Assembly: GCA_030141605.1 (NCBI GenBank)
Contig: JAQGDQ010000348.1
Coordinates: 186,967 to 250,966 of the forward strand
From: Tubiluchus corallicola
Lineage: Eukaryota > Animalia > Priapulida
Direction of reading: 5' to 3'
DNA: 64,000 nt
Shown here: in pieces, positions 11,998 to 25,689 of the stretch
Layout: the number at the start of each line of letters is the position of its first letter
Position numbering within the stretch: position 1 is the first letter of the stretch
Notes under the pieces: model-generated
What the model was told of the DNA's origin: nothing
The model's input: only the letters and a program-made list of their open reading frames with translations
Database searches by the model: none
Program-made: the position numbers and the translations under genes

Positions 11998-12266
11998 ATA
12001 TAGAACATTTTGTATTACAAACTGAGTTTATCTTCTTGCTTTCTTTTATGTCATAGAATATTTACACGATTGTTGGTTGCTGGTCAAAGTTATTGATTTT
12101 TTTTCAGTTTTTTGTATTGATTACGCACTTTCTCGAAATGTGATTTCAATAAACATTTATGGAAAAATGCAAAAAATTCTGCCTTTTTACGTAAATACAA
12201 GGTAATACGTACTTGTAGCAGCAGACTATCGATATGAAGTGTTTTAAAATGTTTAGCAAGCACTAC

Positions 12267-12661
12267 AATAAGCCTTTTCATAGTTCCAGCGATTGGCAAT
12301 GATCGTGAAAAGGTCAAAGGTTAAGTGTATCAGGCATTGCATTTGTGTACACTTGACAACGCCTCACAATCCATGCTATTGTAATAGTAACAGTTTTAAC
12401 AGCTAGCTAGAACCTTACCTAGTTTATTTTTTCTTGTTCTCAAGCAAGAGCCTGCTAGTAAATCACTTTGTGCACAGACTAATGCATAATTAAGTAAAGT
12501 CCACATAAAACAACTGAAGTTACTGAACTGATGTGACAGACAAATTTGCTTTACACGCCTGTTATATGAGGGTTGTAGTTAAGACGCGTTGCTGTGGTAC
12601 AGTTAACCTTTGAGTTACAGCAACTGCACATGTGCACAACAAAATTGTGAAAAGCCTTATT
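12267..12661 (+). mobile_element. Family B MITE
   Basis: Same TIR and internal sequence as 2087-2478. Confidence 0.75.
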
Positions 12662-12721
12662 CCGGTATAGTATTTGTAGTGAAGCTGTGTAAGTGCCTCC
12701 TATGTGGTCAGGGGTGACGTA

Positions 12722-13639
12722 CACTTATATCTCGGTTTGCCGGACAAAAGCGGGGAGACGTCCGTCCGAGGTGATGCTTTCTGCTAACAAATATTAAAAC
12801 AATTGAGTCAATCAGTGGTACATGCCTCAGCTTTTCCACCAAAGTAACAGGAATGACACATGAACACGGAGACACGCATGAGATTAAGCAACACGAATAT
12901 TTGCTAGTTCTGAAAGTATTTGGGAAGAGGATTTTCACTTCTAGTGTGCTGTTTAGAATAAAATACTGCAAATTAATTTTTAAACGGATACTTTCTGCCA
13001 AATCTAATGCAATGGAAAAGTTGAAAATGGGCACTGGGGGACATAGGAAAAACTTTCACAGGAACTGATTTCAGCTTCAGGTGAAATGTCCAAATCACTA
13101 TTCTGGCAACAAATACAAGTCTCTTTCTTTGGTGTCTACCAGTCATGAGACAGTATCGCACGAGAAACTTTGTTATTTAAAAAAAATTATCCTGGGACAA
13201 AAATTGTACCTTCTGTGGAGACCCATTTGCCGATTAACCGTATTTTCCGATACTAAACAAATAGTAACAGTAATACAGTAGGCGCCGTGTATTACTATTA
13301 AGTATTAGACTCACGGTAATGTATAATCGTCGAATTGTTTCAAAAACGTCTAATACGTGCCGCTCCTATGCAAAAGATATAAACCTGTCGGCAATTGACT
13401 CAAATAACTCCGCATAATTGACTCTAAACCACTTACACCTGTTGATTAAACGTACAAGCCACATTATAATGTCGTTACACGCTGCTTGGATGTAAACAAA
13501 GTGACAACCCGCCAACTAGCGGTCAGCTCGTGAAACAACGAGCTTTGTCCGTAGTATGCGAGACTTTTTAACCGTCCAGATTTTGTCCGATTTTTCCGAT
13601 ACCCGTAAAAGCGATGTCCGGCAAACCGAGGTACGAGTG
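12722..13639 (+). mobile_element. Family D MITE with an unrelated insert of about 460 bp
   Basis: ta CACTTATATCTCGGTTTGCC...GGCAAACCGAGGTACGAGTG ta; the family D interior is interrupted at about 12771-13235. Confidence 0.7.
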
Positions 13640-15269
13640 TACTCCTATGTACTTGGAACTTTTTTCACTGTTTCATAAACACCGAGTGCAAATGACAGAA
13701 ACGTTTCCAACCGAAGCTAATACCACTGAAATGCTTTATTGCAGCAAAATCAACACAGAGATGTCCCGTATTGCGTAGATTAACTTGACTGTTTACAGCA
13801 CAGGTAAGTAGCAGACTGTTAACTGCTTGAAAGCTGGTTTGAAGCTAAAATATTTACATTACCGCCACAGATGGCGCCACGTACATGAATTTTTAAGTAG
13901 ATCAATTGCAGCTAGGTCTGCTACACCGAGAGTTTGTTTGTTGTAATCGTTTTTCAGCTGCTTTTCTTATGCTCACTCTGCAAATTCATAGAAAAAGAAC
14001 AACTGCCCATGACCTGCTTTTTCCCTCGGGCTTCATATCTGTAGAATTCTCTGCCAGAATATTAACAGACACCAGCAAATATGGATTCCATTTTGCAGGA
14101 CATGTAATTTTCTGAGTTTTTTCTGGAGCTGCTTACTTTGAGTGGACACTGGCCTTTCTTGTTTGGGACGGTTTATATAAGAAATTATTATAAGAAAATG
14201 TCATTTTCAATATGAATTTAAAACTGAAACAAATGTTGTCAGCTCAGGAATTCAACTTTCTGACTACCAGCCGAGCTTCATGCTGCTTCAGTTTGATAAA
14301 AGTTAGATAGATTCAGGCGGCAGCAATGAAACTTGATTGCTTAATCTTTCATTTTAACTAATTACTGTTCATTGATCATTGGTAAGTTAAATAAAATAGC
14401 CAATTAAATAAATTAATAAAATAAGTAAATGAAATAGCTGTAGCGTTTCTAAGAAATAAGCCTTGGCACATGATATTTTTGCAATAAGACGTTTAAATTC
14501 TTGGCACACTATTAACTTTGATCATTCAGCTTATGATTATCTGTGCCTACAGTTCAATGGACTGAAGTCTATTGCACAATAATGAGTTCCTATATTACCT
14601 CGCATAATCTGATAATAACATCGGCCAAAGAAAGTGGCTAAGCGTAAAGACTGTGTAAGACTTCCATTTTCTTGTGAATCGTAATCGTTTCACGTTTTGC
14701 ATAATATAGACCAACTCTAGCAAAGCGTTTGCTGCAAATGTTTGTTTCTTAACAACACAGTTCGCTTACTTCAGGTATGTTAAAATATACCTCCAAAACT
14801 AGCAAATAATTAAATTAGTAGTAATACTTTTAAACTAAAAAATTTATAACAATTTTATAAGAAACGTTTCTGGAATGGCCGGGTTTTGATTTTGTAGGTC
14901 CCTGGGCTACAGATATTGTGAGGCCCCGGCCCCAGTGACAATTAACAAAAGCATGATTGTTGGATTCTTCAAATCAGTTTATTCAACTTCTACAACATAA
15001 TGCCAACATTAGGCCTACATGGATGGCCCACTCATTCTGTAGTAACTTTTCACAGAAAGTGAATTTCACTTAGTCTTTGGAGGCCCCTCATCACGGAAGC
15101 CCCCCAGGGCTAAATCCTATAAAGCTTATGCCTTAATCCGGCATTGCTAGTATTAAAATTTTGTATTATCGCTTGTAGTTTGGGTAAGCGGTCATTGTTT
15201 GGGGACGGTGCAAATCGCGCAATTAAAACAAGTTTTATTGAATTTTATAAAAAAACAAACTTTAGAGTT

Positions 15270-15540
15270 TCGAGGCAAATGGCGCGGCAGTGATTGCCTC
15301 GGGTCGCCAGGGTTAGTCTTCTTTGGCACGTTAGGTCCCATATATGGCTGCTGGCCCCATTCCCGCGCATCTGCCTGAGTGGCAGATCACCTCTTTTTGT
15401 CGGCAGGTGTCGCCTGCGTTTTCTCAAAAATGCCCTTGTTGATAAACAAGCATGTGCAGCTGGCGAGCCACGTTTTGAATCGAGTTCTTTCAAGCGTTGC
15501 GTGCGAGATTGTTGTGTGGTATGGACGCATGCCAGCCTTT
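15270..15540. promoter_or_regulatory. Candidate enhancer with CArG box and E-boxes
   Basis: GC-rich unique island with a perfect CArG box CCATATATGG (15338-15347) and clustered CANNTG sites (CATCTG, CAGGTG, CATGTG, CAGCTG). Confidence 0.3.
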
Positions 15541-16010
15541 TTCAATGCTGCTAAATTTATTTGACTAGGTTTAAGTGATGACGACCGTTTAACACTTCAC
15601 GCCAGTATAACTTCTGCTGTACTTTTGTGCGTAGGAATTTGTACAGTATAATAACTGACTATACAAATATATATTCAATAAAACCACACAATAAGTTGCA
15701 ATAAAGTGATTACATAGCAATAATAAATTGTAAATAGCGAACATATATCGCGTGTTAGAATTGTATGAGTATTATATGAGTTGCTATTAAGTGTTAAGAT
15801 TATTTAATACCAAAGTTAAAAACGAGTAAGGGTAGAGTTAAAAATTACTATTATCATGCAGTCTATAATCTGTTTAAAAATTAATTACCTTTCAAGAAAA
15901 AGTAATTTACCGTTTAATTACAGCTGGGATTAATGAAATCAAATGAGAATTAAGCCAGCATAATAATAACGTTTTATAGTAAACTTCGGCAATGTTATAC
16001 ATCCGAATTA

Positions 16011-16505
16011 CCGTATATACTCGCATATAAGCCGAATTTAGAACTATAAAATACAATACTGAAATCAGGGGGTCGGCTTATATGCGCATGAAACAAAATG
16101 AACACAAGGACAGACACTAATGCCAATTTTCCAGCCACACATTTTCATCGCTATCTGACTCTTATAAGACTGTATCTCAGAAATGTTTATTTTTTTGTGA
16201 ATAAATAGAAAACAAAATATTTTCTTCTTTATTCATATCAAAATGTATAATTTGTTCTATTTCTTCTAGTATGTAACATAAAAGTAAGCATTTTGCATCT
16301 TTATAGTAAAAAATTTCTATGAACCAAAAATACTCAATTAACAAAATGTGACAAAAAGGGATCAATTTTGTTGATTGGGTATGGAGTGAAATTAGACAAG
16401 TTGATGGTCGGCTTAAATACGGGTTTTTGCAAAAACTGGCCATTTTAAAGCAGTTTTAGGGGGTCGGCTTATATGCGATGTAGGCTTATAGGCGAGTATA
16501 TACGG
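16011..16505. mobile_element. pogo/Tc1-mariner-type MITE with TA TSD
   Basis: ta CCGTATATACTCGCATATAAGCC...GGCTTATAGGCGAGTATATACGG ta; internal GGTCGGCTTA repeats occur three times. Confidence 0.85.
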
Positions 16506-16524
16506 TAGTCCCCTGAAATTAATT

Positions 16525-16600
16525 TACTAAATCTCATGACGTCAGTGTCGCATCTACGCATGCGTAAACAACGCGTGGTTATTGTAATTCAGCAGCAAAA
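16525..16600 (+). promoter_or_regulatory. Candidate promoter motif cluster
   Basis: Full CRE palindrome TGACGTCA (about 16537) followed by the NRF1-like palindrome TACGCATGCGTA (about 16555). Locally CpG-rich, in unique sequence upstream of a strong donor site. Confidence 0.4.
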
Positions 16601-16824
16601 CAGTTTATCGCAACTTATAAAACGCAGACTGATGGACCGAGTTTGTTTAAAGACTTCGGTGATGTGATATTTCGCGTAGACAGTAAAATTGTGAAGTGAC
16701 TCTGCTCTGTTTGTAACCATTAAGGATGTGCTGTGGTGAAGAATTCCTCGAAACATCGTAGTAGAATGATAACGATAAAGAGTAAGAGTTATGACTATTC
16801 GGTAGCAACAGTCCTTTCTTCAGA

Positions 16825-16860
16825 ATGTCATCAGACTACGACTTATTGGAATCAGTGGGG
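16825..16860 (+). CDS. Candidate first coding exon (MSSDYDLLESVG), possibly spliced to the 44430 exon
   Basis: ATG followed by 12 codons ending at G|gtaaga in phase 0, about 300 bp downstream of a CRE/NRF1-like promoter motif cluster. No homology support. Confidence 0.3.
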
Positions 16861-19227
16861 GTAAGATATAAAATACTCATTCATGTATTTTATGTATTCT
16901 TCTCTACTTGGATATAACTCCGTAGCAGTTATGTAATAAGTCGTACTTAGTTGACTCAAATCTTACAAGTTCACCTTCCGTTCTGAGGCGATCATTGACT
17001 ACGCTGCATTAGTCGTTAGGCTATATCTTACCTACTATTCTCATGCTATTTCTATACATACGTTGTGCATTTTTGTGTAAGATATTGTTAAATTGTACTT
17101 GGCTCTTGGAATAGGTAAACAATTGGCTAATAAGTAATTTTTACATCATAGTGTAGGTAGCTCAGTAAGTTTTTATTCCGTCGTGTTTTTTAATAATCTG
17201 CTGGCGCGCCTTTGAAATTGCAAATATGTGGAAAAAAAATTAACTATCCAATCTTTATGTGTTGTCGCTCTTGAATTTAATCAACAAAATCTAATGTTGA
17301 CAAAACCATTATTGGTTCACATTTAGTAGAGAATTTTGACGGTATAAATACGATTACTACGTATTACTTAAGCTGTTTAAGCAAAAGTATTTTTCTACAT
17401 TGCATTGCGACATCATAAAGTGTAAGAGAGAGAATACACATATTATACTGTAATAACTTATGGGTTAATTTTAAGGTATGCAGTTTAACCAAGATCCGCA
17501 CAACTTGCAACATTGCTCGTCACAAGTTTTTCACGTTATGCTTATGATACGCCATCTTCTACAATATGTGCAGAAAACAATATAAAACATTTTAAAGTAT
17601 TGTTGCGTCACTCTGCCTATAGTTTAAGAACAAGAATTATTGAATCAGCAAATTTTATTGTAAATTATATATGCACCCACACTGATGTGCCTTTTTATAG
17701 TAGAATATTTAGAAGATAGCCATGATTAATTGACTTAGTAACCGCTGGTTTTTTAACTGATGCTTTGCATTTTTAATTTGTGTATATATTTTTATAATAT
17801 GTTTTTGTAATTTTTCATATCTCTTTTAATAGTGCATGACATGTAGTATTTCTTAATTTTTAGTGTAAATTTTTGACTTTATACTAGATTTTACATGTCA
17901 AATTTAGACCTACGTTAAGTCAAAAGTGACATTGGTATCTCAAATGTGGATGTGTAAAGCTTAAGGATGTTAAATTCAATCTCCTTTAATCTTAATTTAA
18001 TAATTGCTGTGAAAATAATAACTTTATAGGTCTACTAATAGTTCACTAATATTCTGTAAACTTTACATACCATTGGAACTGTTAGAGAAAACAATACATT
18101 CTATACTAGATTTGTGTAGACTTTTGTGTTACTTTTAACTAGAGTTGTGTAAAATCCTCTACATAGAAGTATAGAAGAGAAGTGCATATAGAAGTATAGC
18201 TGCCTCTGTGTTGTCGAGTAACTGGGGCTGCTTCAGTGCTTGAATTGGGCTTTCAGCAAAATTAATTAGCTTTAGTATAGGCAGTTTCAGCTTGAGCCTA
18301 AGTGGCAGCGAATGTTACATTTGATTAGATACACGGCTAATTTGCATAACTGACATTGAGCTTGGCTTTGGCTTCTCATAAGATCGCGCTTAATAGAAAA
18401 AGTAAACGCATTAGTTCCCCAAAGCTAAGCCAGTTCTAACGAGTTTGTTACTGTTGAGCTGCAATGTTGAGCAAGCTTCCAATAAACCTCAGCCAAACTA
18501 ATGATGCTCAAACCGGAACTTCCGGCGCGTCAAAATTTGTGTGGTGCTCTTGATGGTTGATCACCACACGAAGTTCATTGTCATTTATGTCACCACTACA
18601 AGTCTCTTTATCCCAGAACTCATTTCCTGTTTTTGGAAAATGAATGCTTCCTTGTTCTCCACTACTGCAACAATGAATTCATTATTGAATCTACCACAAG
18701 CGATTGTAAAGCTTCTACTGTCTGTATTGTAAGCTTTCTAAATAGCAACATTGCGTTAAAATTAATTACGTGTCTAAATTATTCGTTAAAAGCAATTATT
18801 ACGTAATATTTGCTTTTCTCAACTTCCCACCTTAACAATGCATCAGATTTTGTTTATGTTCAGCCAATTTTATCTGTAAAAATATCTTTAAAAAGAGTTT
18901 GTGTTTAACCTGTGTACTGTTAATAGTTTACACTGACTCAGTGTTACGGTGTGCCTAATATAGACATTAGTGGCAGGACCAGAACTCAGCTACTTATCAT
19001 AGGAATCCTCTAAAACGAGATGTTGGACCGGTGCGTTTTTCATGTGGCCCATTCTGGGACATACGTACATCCCACCTCAAAGGTAATAAGAATAGACCAA
19101 CGGTAAAATTTCTTTTCCTATCTTTCGCGCATCCATTTACCCTCCGGTTGCTTCTCTGTGAACTTCGTTGCCAGTTTATTATTTCCCTGTTAACTACAAA
19201 TCTCACCTGCTTTGAGGAAAGCATCAA

Positions 19228-19490
19228 ATACCTTCTAGATACCGCCTAGATAATTCCTAGATACCTAGGTACTCCAATACTTAATAGATAATTCGTAGAT
19301 ACTTCCTTTATAATTCCAGGATACTTCCTTGATACTTTCTAGTTACTTACTAGACACCTCCTGGATACTTTCCAGAATCTAGATGCTGCCTAGATACTTT
19401 CTTGATAATTCCTAGATAACTCATAGTTACTTCCCAGATACTTCCTAGCACTTCGTAGAAAATTCCTAAATAACTCCTAGATACCGCCTA
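19228..19490. repeat. Degenerate minisatellite of about 11 bp (TTCCTAGATAC)
   Basis: More than 20 imperfect copies. Confidence 0.75.
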
Positions 19491-20749
19491 AATATCCATT
19501 AGGAAAATGGCGGTTCTTCAAATTTAATAACAAAATGATAAAAAATCAAAAAGAAACAAGTGAGCAAGTGAAAACAGCAAGTTTATAACAAAATAAATTG
19601 AGTATTCATAATGAGAGTAGGAACTAAATAAAGCTTATATTATAGTGAGGGTTTAGTTTGACAGTGACTTTAACTGATGCTGGCTATAAAAAATCTGCAG
19701 TCAGCTTGTGACTGTAGAACGCCCTGTAGAGTACAAATATTTCTGCTCTACGATCATTTTGTGAATGTATGATGACGTCAGTTCCGCTCTCTCAATCTCG
19801 AGGTTTTCACACTTACAAACTTATCCTAGGACATGACTGCAGTACGCATGGTATAAATTCTGTAATAGTTTCCCCCCGTCTTCAAAACCCCAACTCTACC
19901 CACGTTAATTGTCCAACTGTCGAGAGCCGTTACCGGTTTCATCTATCACGATTCTCTGAAGCAACTGGCTTCATCTCCATATATCTATATCAAAAATTTT
20001 TTTAATGGCTTCGCACATCAAGAAAGCGGAATTTATTGTTTCCGAATCAAGGAGGAATAACAGCCATGCCAGCGATGGTTCGTCAAAAATGCCCTCTTTT
20101 TACTCCAGTTCAGGGACAGCGAAGTGCTAAAAGAGCAGAAACCTAGACGATTGGAGTTTCTGTCAGTTTAAATCAATGGGATATGTTCCATGGCTGGTCC
20201 AAGTGATTTTTTTCGGGTTGTTGAATGGATCCGCCCCGGTGATAATGTGAATTTATTGTCGTCACGTTGTGATGAAACTGTGGTTTGATGTTCGTTGTCA
20301 TACCCAACAGCTTTGCCTGAAATTTATGCCTGCAAATCTGTGAATTTATTAGTCGAGCTGCTCTTCCGTTTGGTTTGTTTCGCAGCCCAGAGGGAGCAGC
20401 CGTAGCTTGACGTTCAGGATGAGACATTCTAGATGTGCCCTCGTAGGACCTGCGAAGCGAATTCAATATTAAGCTCGTTTAGAGTGTAATGTACTGTAGG
20501 AGTCGTATTGTGTAGACACGTGGGCTAAGTGTTAGCATGTTATGCGCTCTATTTCATTCAATTTCGATCCTTTTAAGATTAGAAATTACAATGATTGAGT
20601 ATGACGGGTTTCTGTAATAAATGGTTAATTTGTAATCTTTTCCTTCAAGACTCATTCCCTCTGTATAGGCATTGATACATCAACATTTAATAGAATAGTC
20701 CACCCATTTCTATCTGCAGCTAACAGCGTAAGTTCTTCTGCTCCTAAAG

Positions 20750-20926
20750 CTAAAACAAGAAAAAATGAACTAGCTAAGGTTCTAACTAGCTGTTAATACT
20801 GTTACTATAACAATAGTATGCGCTGTGAGGCGTTGTCAGGTGTACACAAATGCGTTGTCTGCTACACTTAACCTTTCGACCTTTTCACCATCATCATCAA
20901 TCGCTGGAACTTTGAAAAAGCTTATT
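20750..20926 (-). mobile_element. Family B half copy
   Basis: Ends AACTTTGAAAAAGCTTATT. Confidence 0.65.
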
Positions 20927-21069
20927 CTGTAAGTTTAGCATTGGAAAGAAATGTATAATATATGGATTATAACCGTTTTGTTCAGTAAAACTCTCAAAGC
21001 TGTCACGTGTACATTACAGTATTTATTTTAATGTTATCCTCATTGTAGCAATCTTTATCGTTTTCTTCG

Positions 21070-21245
21070 TCATTATCAGTCTTCTTGTCTTCTTCTCATC
21101 ACATCATCGTCATCATCACCATCATCATTTTCATAATCATCGTCATCATTCTCGTCGTTGTCGTCGTCGTAATCATAATCATCACCATCGTTGTCACCAT
21201 GCTATAAGTATCATCACCCTGATCGTGATCTGATGATGATGATTA
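21070..21245. repeat. (CAT/CGT)n low-complexity tract
   Basis: Direct inspection. Confidence 0.8.
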
Positions 21246-22376
21246 TTTTGGCAAAGAAATAACAAGGTATTTCAAGAATATTAGTCAGTTACGACCTAAG
21301 TAATTTGAAACTTATTTTTTTGCTATGTAACTACAGAAATAGCACAGCTGACTGGTTAGTTAAAACAGTCACATATCTGTATTTTGAAGGCGTCTACGTC
21401 TCCAGAGGTGGCTTCGTCTTGGAAACAGACTGGGACGCAGCAATATTTCTTGCTAATTTAATAAAGGAGTTTTAAAAAGCTCTCGTGAAAATTGATGAAT
21501 TTAGTTTCGAGGTTTCTAGAAGGTGAATTAGCATTGCCTGTAAGTAATGCATTTACCGTTTACGAAGCGCCCGGTTAGTTGAAACACTTTGCGGTCTTCA
21601 CGGTTGTGGATACGCCCCCATGTTGTGCTGAATTGAATTCACCACATAGCGCGAATTCTCTGATTATCACGTTTGACAAAGATTTAATTACAGGGTGGGA
21701 AATTAGAGGAAACGTTTTCCTAATGACTTCGCCAATGACTCACATTTATCTTGCAAGATGGAGAAGTGAAACTCACTTTCGTGACGTCACCATGTACAGG
21801 TTGCTTCGAAATTAGAAGTGTTAAAAATTCATCTAAATCAGAGTCAGACTTGTGGTCTGCCATGTTGACTATTCATAGTAAGAAGTAGATGATGTTATTG
21901 ATTTTTGATATTTCTGGTCTATCTTTGAGCAACACCTAGCATCCTAGATGATCCTTTCAGTCCCTGTACTATGTTCTATGTGTTATGTACTATGTCAGCA
22001 CATAGAGAAATAGAAAAATACTTGGAAAAGCAGATTGATAAAGACTAGTGGGCATGTACGCTCATTGTACTTAAGACTTATTTTGAAATGTTTGCTGTCT
22101 GATGTTGTAGAATGTGTTTTTTACTGTATAGCTGTCATATAGGTGTATAAAATTTTACTGACCATACCCAAGTTTTTTTTACTCTACACAATGGGTTTCA
22201 GTTCAATTCAATTCAATTTATTGCGCAAATGTACAATTAACATTACATACATTGGCAAGTACAAAAAGAAAATTATATACAGGTACAACTACAGATTAGT
22301 ATTATACATATAAAAAACGTACTGCTAATTAGCTATAATAGCTATTATGAGATACATATCGACTAGTACAATTATA

Positions 22377-22530
22377 TTATGTTATGTTATGTTATGTTAT
22401 GTTATGTTATGTTATGTTATGTTATGTTATGTTATGTTATGTTATGTTATGTTATGTTATGTTATGTTATGTTATGTTATGTTATGTTATGTTATGTTAT
22501 GTTATGTTATGTTATGTTATATTATATTAT
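22377..22530. repeat. (GTTAT)n pentanucleotide microsatellite
   Basis: About 28 perfect units. Confidence 0.95.
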
Positions 22531-23617
22531 ATCATATTATTAATCAAATTGGTTGAGATTTTGGCTGCTCAATGATACTGGCTAGTAATAATAGATAATA
22601 TAATTAATGACAGTAGATTGGAAAGCTTTATATTAATTACTATAATTATGACTATTATTAACGAGGAAACACATTGGGCTAGTTCAATGTACAGCATCAA
22701 GCATTTGTGTTCGAAATTCCATAAAATCTTGATGGTATTCACAGAAGTATTTATTTCTGTTAATAAAATAAAATTACAAAACTGTGAATTCACAAATAAA
22801 TTTTGATTTCTTCTAACTGATTCTTCTAAATAACCCCAAAACAAACGGTACTAACAAAACAAACGTCACGTTCAGCAATTACTGATGTTGCAGTTATTCT
22901 GTAAAACTTTGTATTACTTGAACTTAAAATGGAACATTGTGATAAAAAATATATTATGTTAGCTTATGTTTAACAAAGTAATTATTCGTATAATTCAGAG
23001 TAATTATCAACACTTACATTGTTGCAGCTATGAAAACATTAAGGTAATGAAGTAGATCCAACAAAAACGTAAGACTCAAATCTTGAAAACAAAAATATTA
23101 GCAATTCTGGAACGTGTCAACATAAATTATTGCAGTCTGACTACTGCTGCTCAAGCCAACTCACCTACTCAACCAGGTGAAACAGGTGGCAGCACTAGAT
23201 ATTAAAGCAAAGTGAAACAAATTTTCGCTTAATGCACATAGGCTACCACAGTTTGCTTTTACGATCACACACCAGACAGTGATATTAGAGTTACTGGATA
23301 CACTTTGTACAAAACTCGATCGTAAAATTTGGAACCTATATATATATATATATATATAATGCTCTAATATTTTCTAATGACAGTAAATTGTATAGCCATT
23401 ATAGAGGAAAATCAGATACAGCAAGCAGTCGTCTCACTAACACGTTGAGTAGTGTCTGTATGCTAAGCCATATGATAGACTAAGTGATCTATCTTCTAGA
23501 CTGTGCTAAAATCTATTGTAACTACCACAGACGTATATTTGCGCCGTACCCAGAAAACGTTTCTATGTTTTCACGTACGGCGATTCTGTATATCCCGTAA
23601 TATTGAATAATTGTTAA

Positions 23618-24204
23618 AGCAAAACCGGACCCGATCTTAAACTGTAGGTCAAAATAATCTATTCTTTAAATTGTTGAAACGAAACACACTATTTTTTTCA
23701 AAAATGACTTACGTGAAAGAATCATTACCACACAAACACAATTTCACGTTCGCGCCACTAGTTCTTCGCCGTTACATGCATTTCGTCATTCGCTAGTTAG
23801 ATGGGTACTAGCGCCTGCATTTCGGAAATGCATTGTACAAAAAACAAGTCAGTTCATTTGCGTTAGTTTGTGACGAACCACGCACGTTCGAAGGTTCATG
23901 CGTAAATTTGAAATTTGTATCTTAAAACTTGCCTAGTTTTAGTACAACACACTAAACATCTTACAGTAGCACTGTCCTTCAATTTTCGCTTTCACAAGCA
24001 CGTGCAACACGCTCGTGGAATATTTTTGCTGCAGAAAATTATGTTAGTTTGTGATGTCATCAATAGGTGGGCTCGCCCGCCGTTAATATTTTAATCTATT
24101 ATATAATTATCAGAAATGCTTTTGCAGTATTTATTGTGTTAAAATGTATGCTTTTTATCGGACTTGAAAATGGGATAGTGTATGAAAAGTCATCCTGTCT
24201 TCCT
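23618..24204 (-). mobile_element. Family A Kolobok-like MITE, full length
   Basis: ttaa AGCAAAACCGGA...TCCTGTCTTCCT ttaa, with an intact TTAA on both sides. Confidence 0.8.
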
Positions 24205-24597
24205 TTAAAAACTGACAAAGATCATGTTTTTCATCCTCAAGTTGTTACATCATGTCAGAACGTCAACTGACACATCTGTTCATATCTACACTGTCATTGT
24301 TCAAAAGAGGGCATGCCCTCTTGCGCACATGGGACCTCCGGACAAGTGGCACTTGTAAAAAACTGATTAGCGAAAAAGGGCCATGCGGAAGTGATGACTG
24401 TACTGGGAGGGCTGACTGAAGCTGACATATGTGTCTTGGTGAATTAGGGTTCTCTCAAGTGGAATGGTCCTTCAATTTGGAACAGCAGGTGTCGTCATCA
24501 GTCCAAATTCTTAGTGTGTTTGGGAGTCTGGCAGTGCAAGCATTTGAGTTTGGATTCATAAATTCATCCTGGTCACTGCATTGCTGGGGGGAGGGGA

Positions 24598-25184
24598 ATC
24601 AAAATAATCTACTCTCTAAAATATTGAAAGGAGATATACAGTTATTTCAAAAATGACTTACGTGAAAGAATTATTACCACACAAACACAATTTCACGTTC
24701 GCGCCACTAGTTCTTCGCTGTTACAAGCATTTCAGCATTCGCTAGTTAGACGGGCACTTGCGCATGGATTTCGGAAACACATTGCACAAAAGACAGGTGC
24801 TGTGCTCTCACTTCAGATCTGTTAGTTTGTGACGAACTACACACGTTCGTCAGTTCGTGCGTGAGCACAGCTGTAACTTTGAAATTTGAATTATTATGTT
24901 AAATATTGCCTAGTTTTAGTACAACACACTGAATATTTTACAGTAGCACAGTACTTCAATTTTTACTTTTACAAACACGTGCAACACGCTGGTGAAATAT
25001 TTTTGCTGTTAAAAATTATGTTCGTTTGTGATGTCATCAATAGTCGGGCTTGCTCGCCGTTAGTTAAGTTTTTAATCTTTTATTTAATTATCAGAAACGC
25101 TTTTGCAGTATTAATTGTGTTAAAATGTATCCTTTCATCGGATTTGAAAATGTGGTAGTGTATGAAAAATCATCCTGTCTTCCT
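24598..25184 (-). mobile_element. Family A MITE, one end truncated
   Basis: Near-full internal sequence ending in TCCTGTCTTCCT ttaa. Confidence 0.75.
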
Positions 25185-25271
25185 TTAAGGATTTTTAATG
25201 TCGGAGCGTGTGCAGTAGGGATTATGAGACGCACACTTGTTTGATAGGTAGCTGTTTGGTCACCATTTTCA

Positions 25272-25689
25272 GTTAAATTACCCACAATGCATGAACCTCG
25301 CCTGACCCTCACTGTAGCGTGGTCACTACACTGTTTGTGATTAAATTATCCACAATGCATGAACCTCGCCTGACCCTCATGACCCTCACTGCAGCGTGGT
25401 CACTACACTGTTTGTGGTTAAATTACCCACAATGTATGAACCTTGACTGACCCTCACCGTAGCTTGGTAACTACACTGTTTGTGATTAAATTACCCACAA
25501 TGTATGAACCTTGACTGACCCTCACAGTAGCGTGGTAACTACACTGTTTGTGATTAAATTGCCCACAATGCATGAACCTCGCCTGACCCTCACTGTAGCC
25601 TGGTAACTACAATGTTTATGGTTAAATTACCCACAATGTATGAACCTTGACTGACCCTCACCGTAGCCTGGTAACTACACTGTTTGTGA
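25272..25689. repeat. 68-bp minisatellite, 6 copies
   Basis: Units start at 25273, 25341, 25418 (after a 9-bp internal duplication), 25486, 25554 and 25622. Confidence 0.92.

Noticed and set aside
22200-22850. LINE 3' end on the minus strand with a (TTGAA)n tail
   Set aside because: The tail is suggestive but I found no recognisable ORF2 motif, so it was not called.
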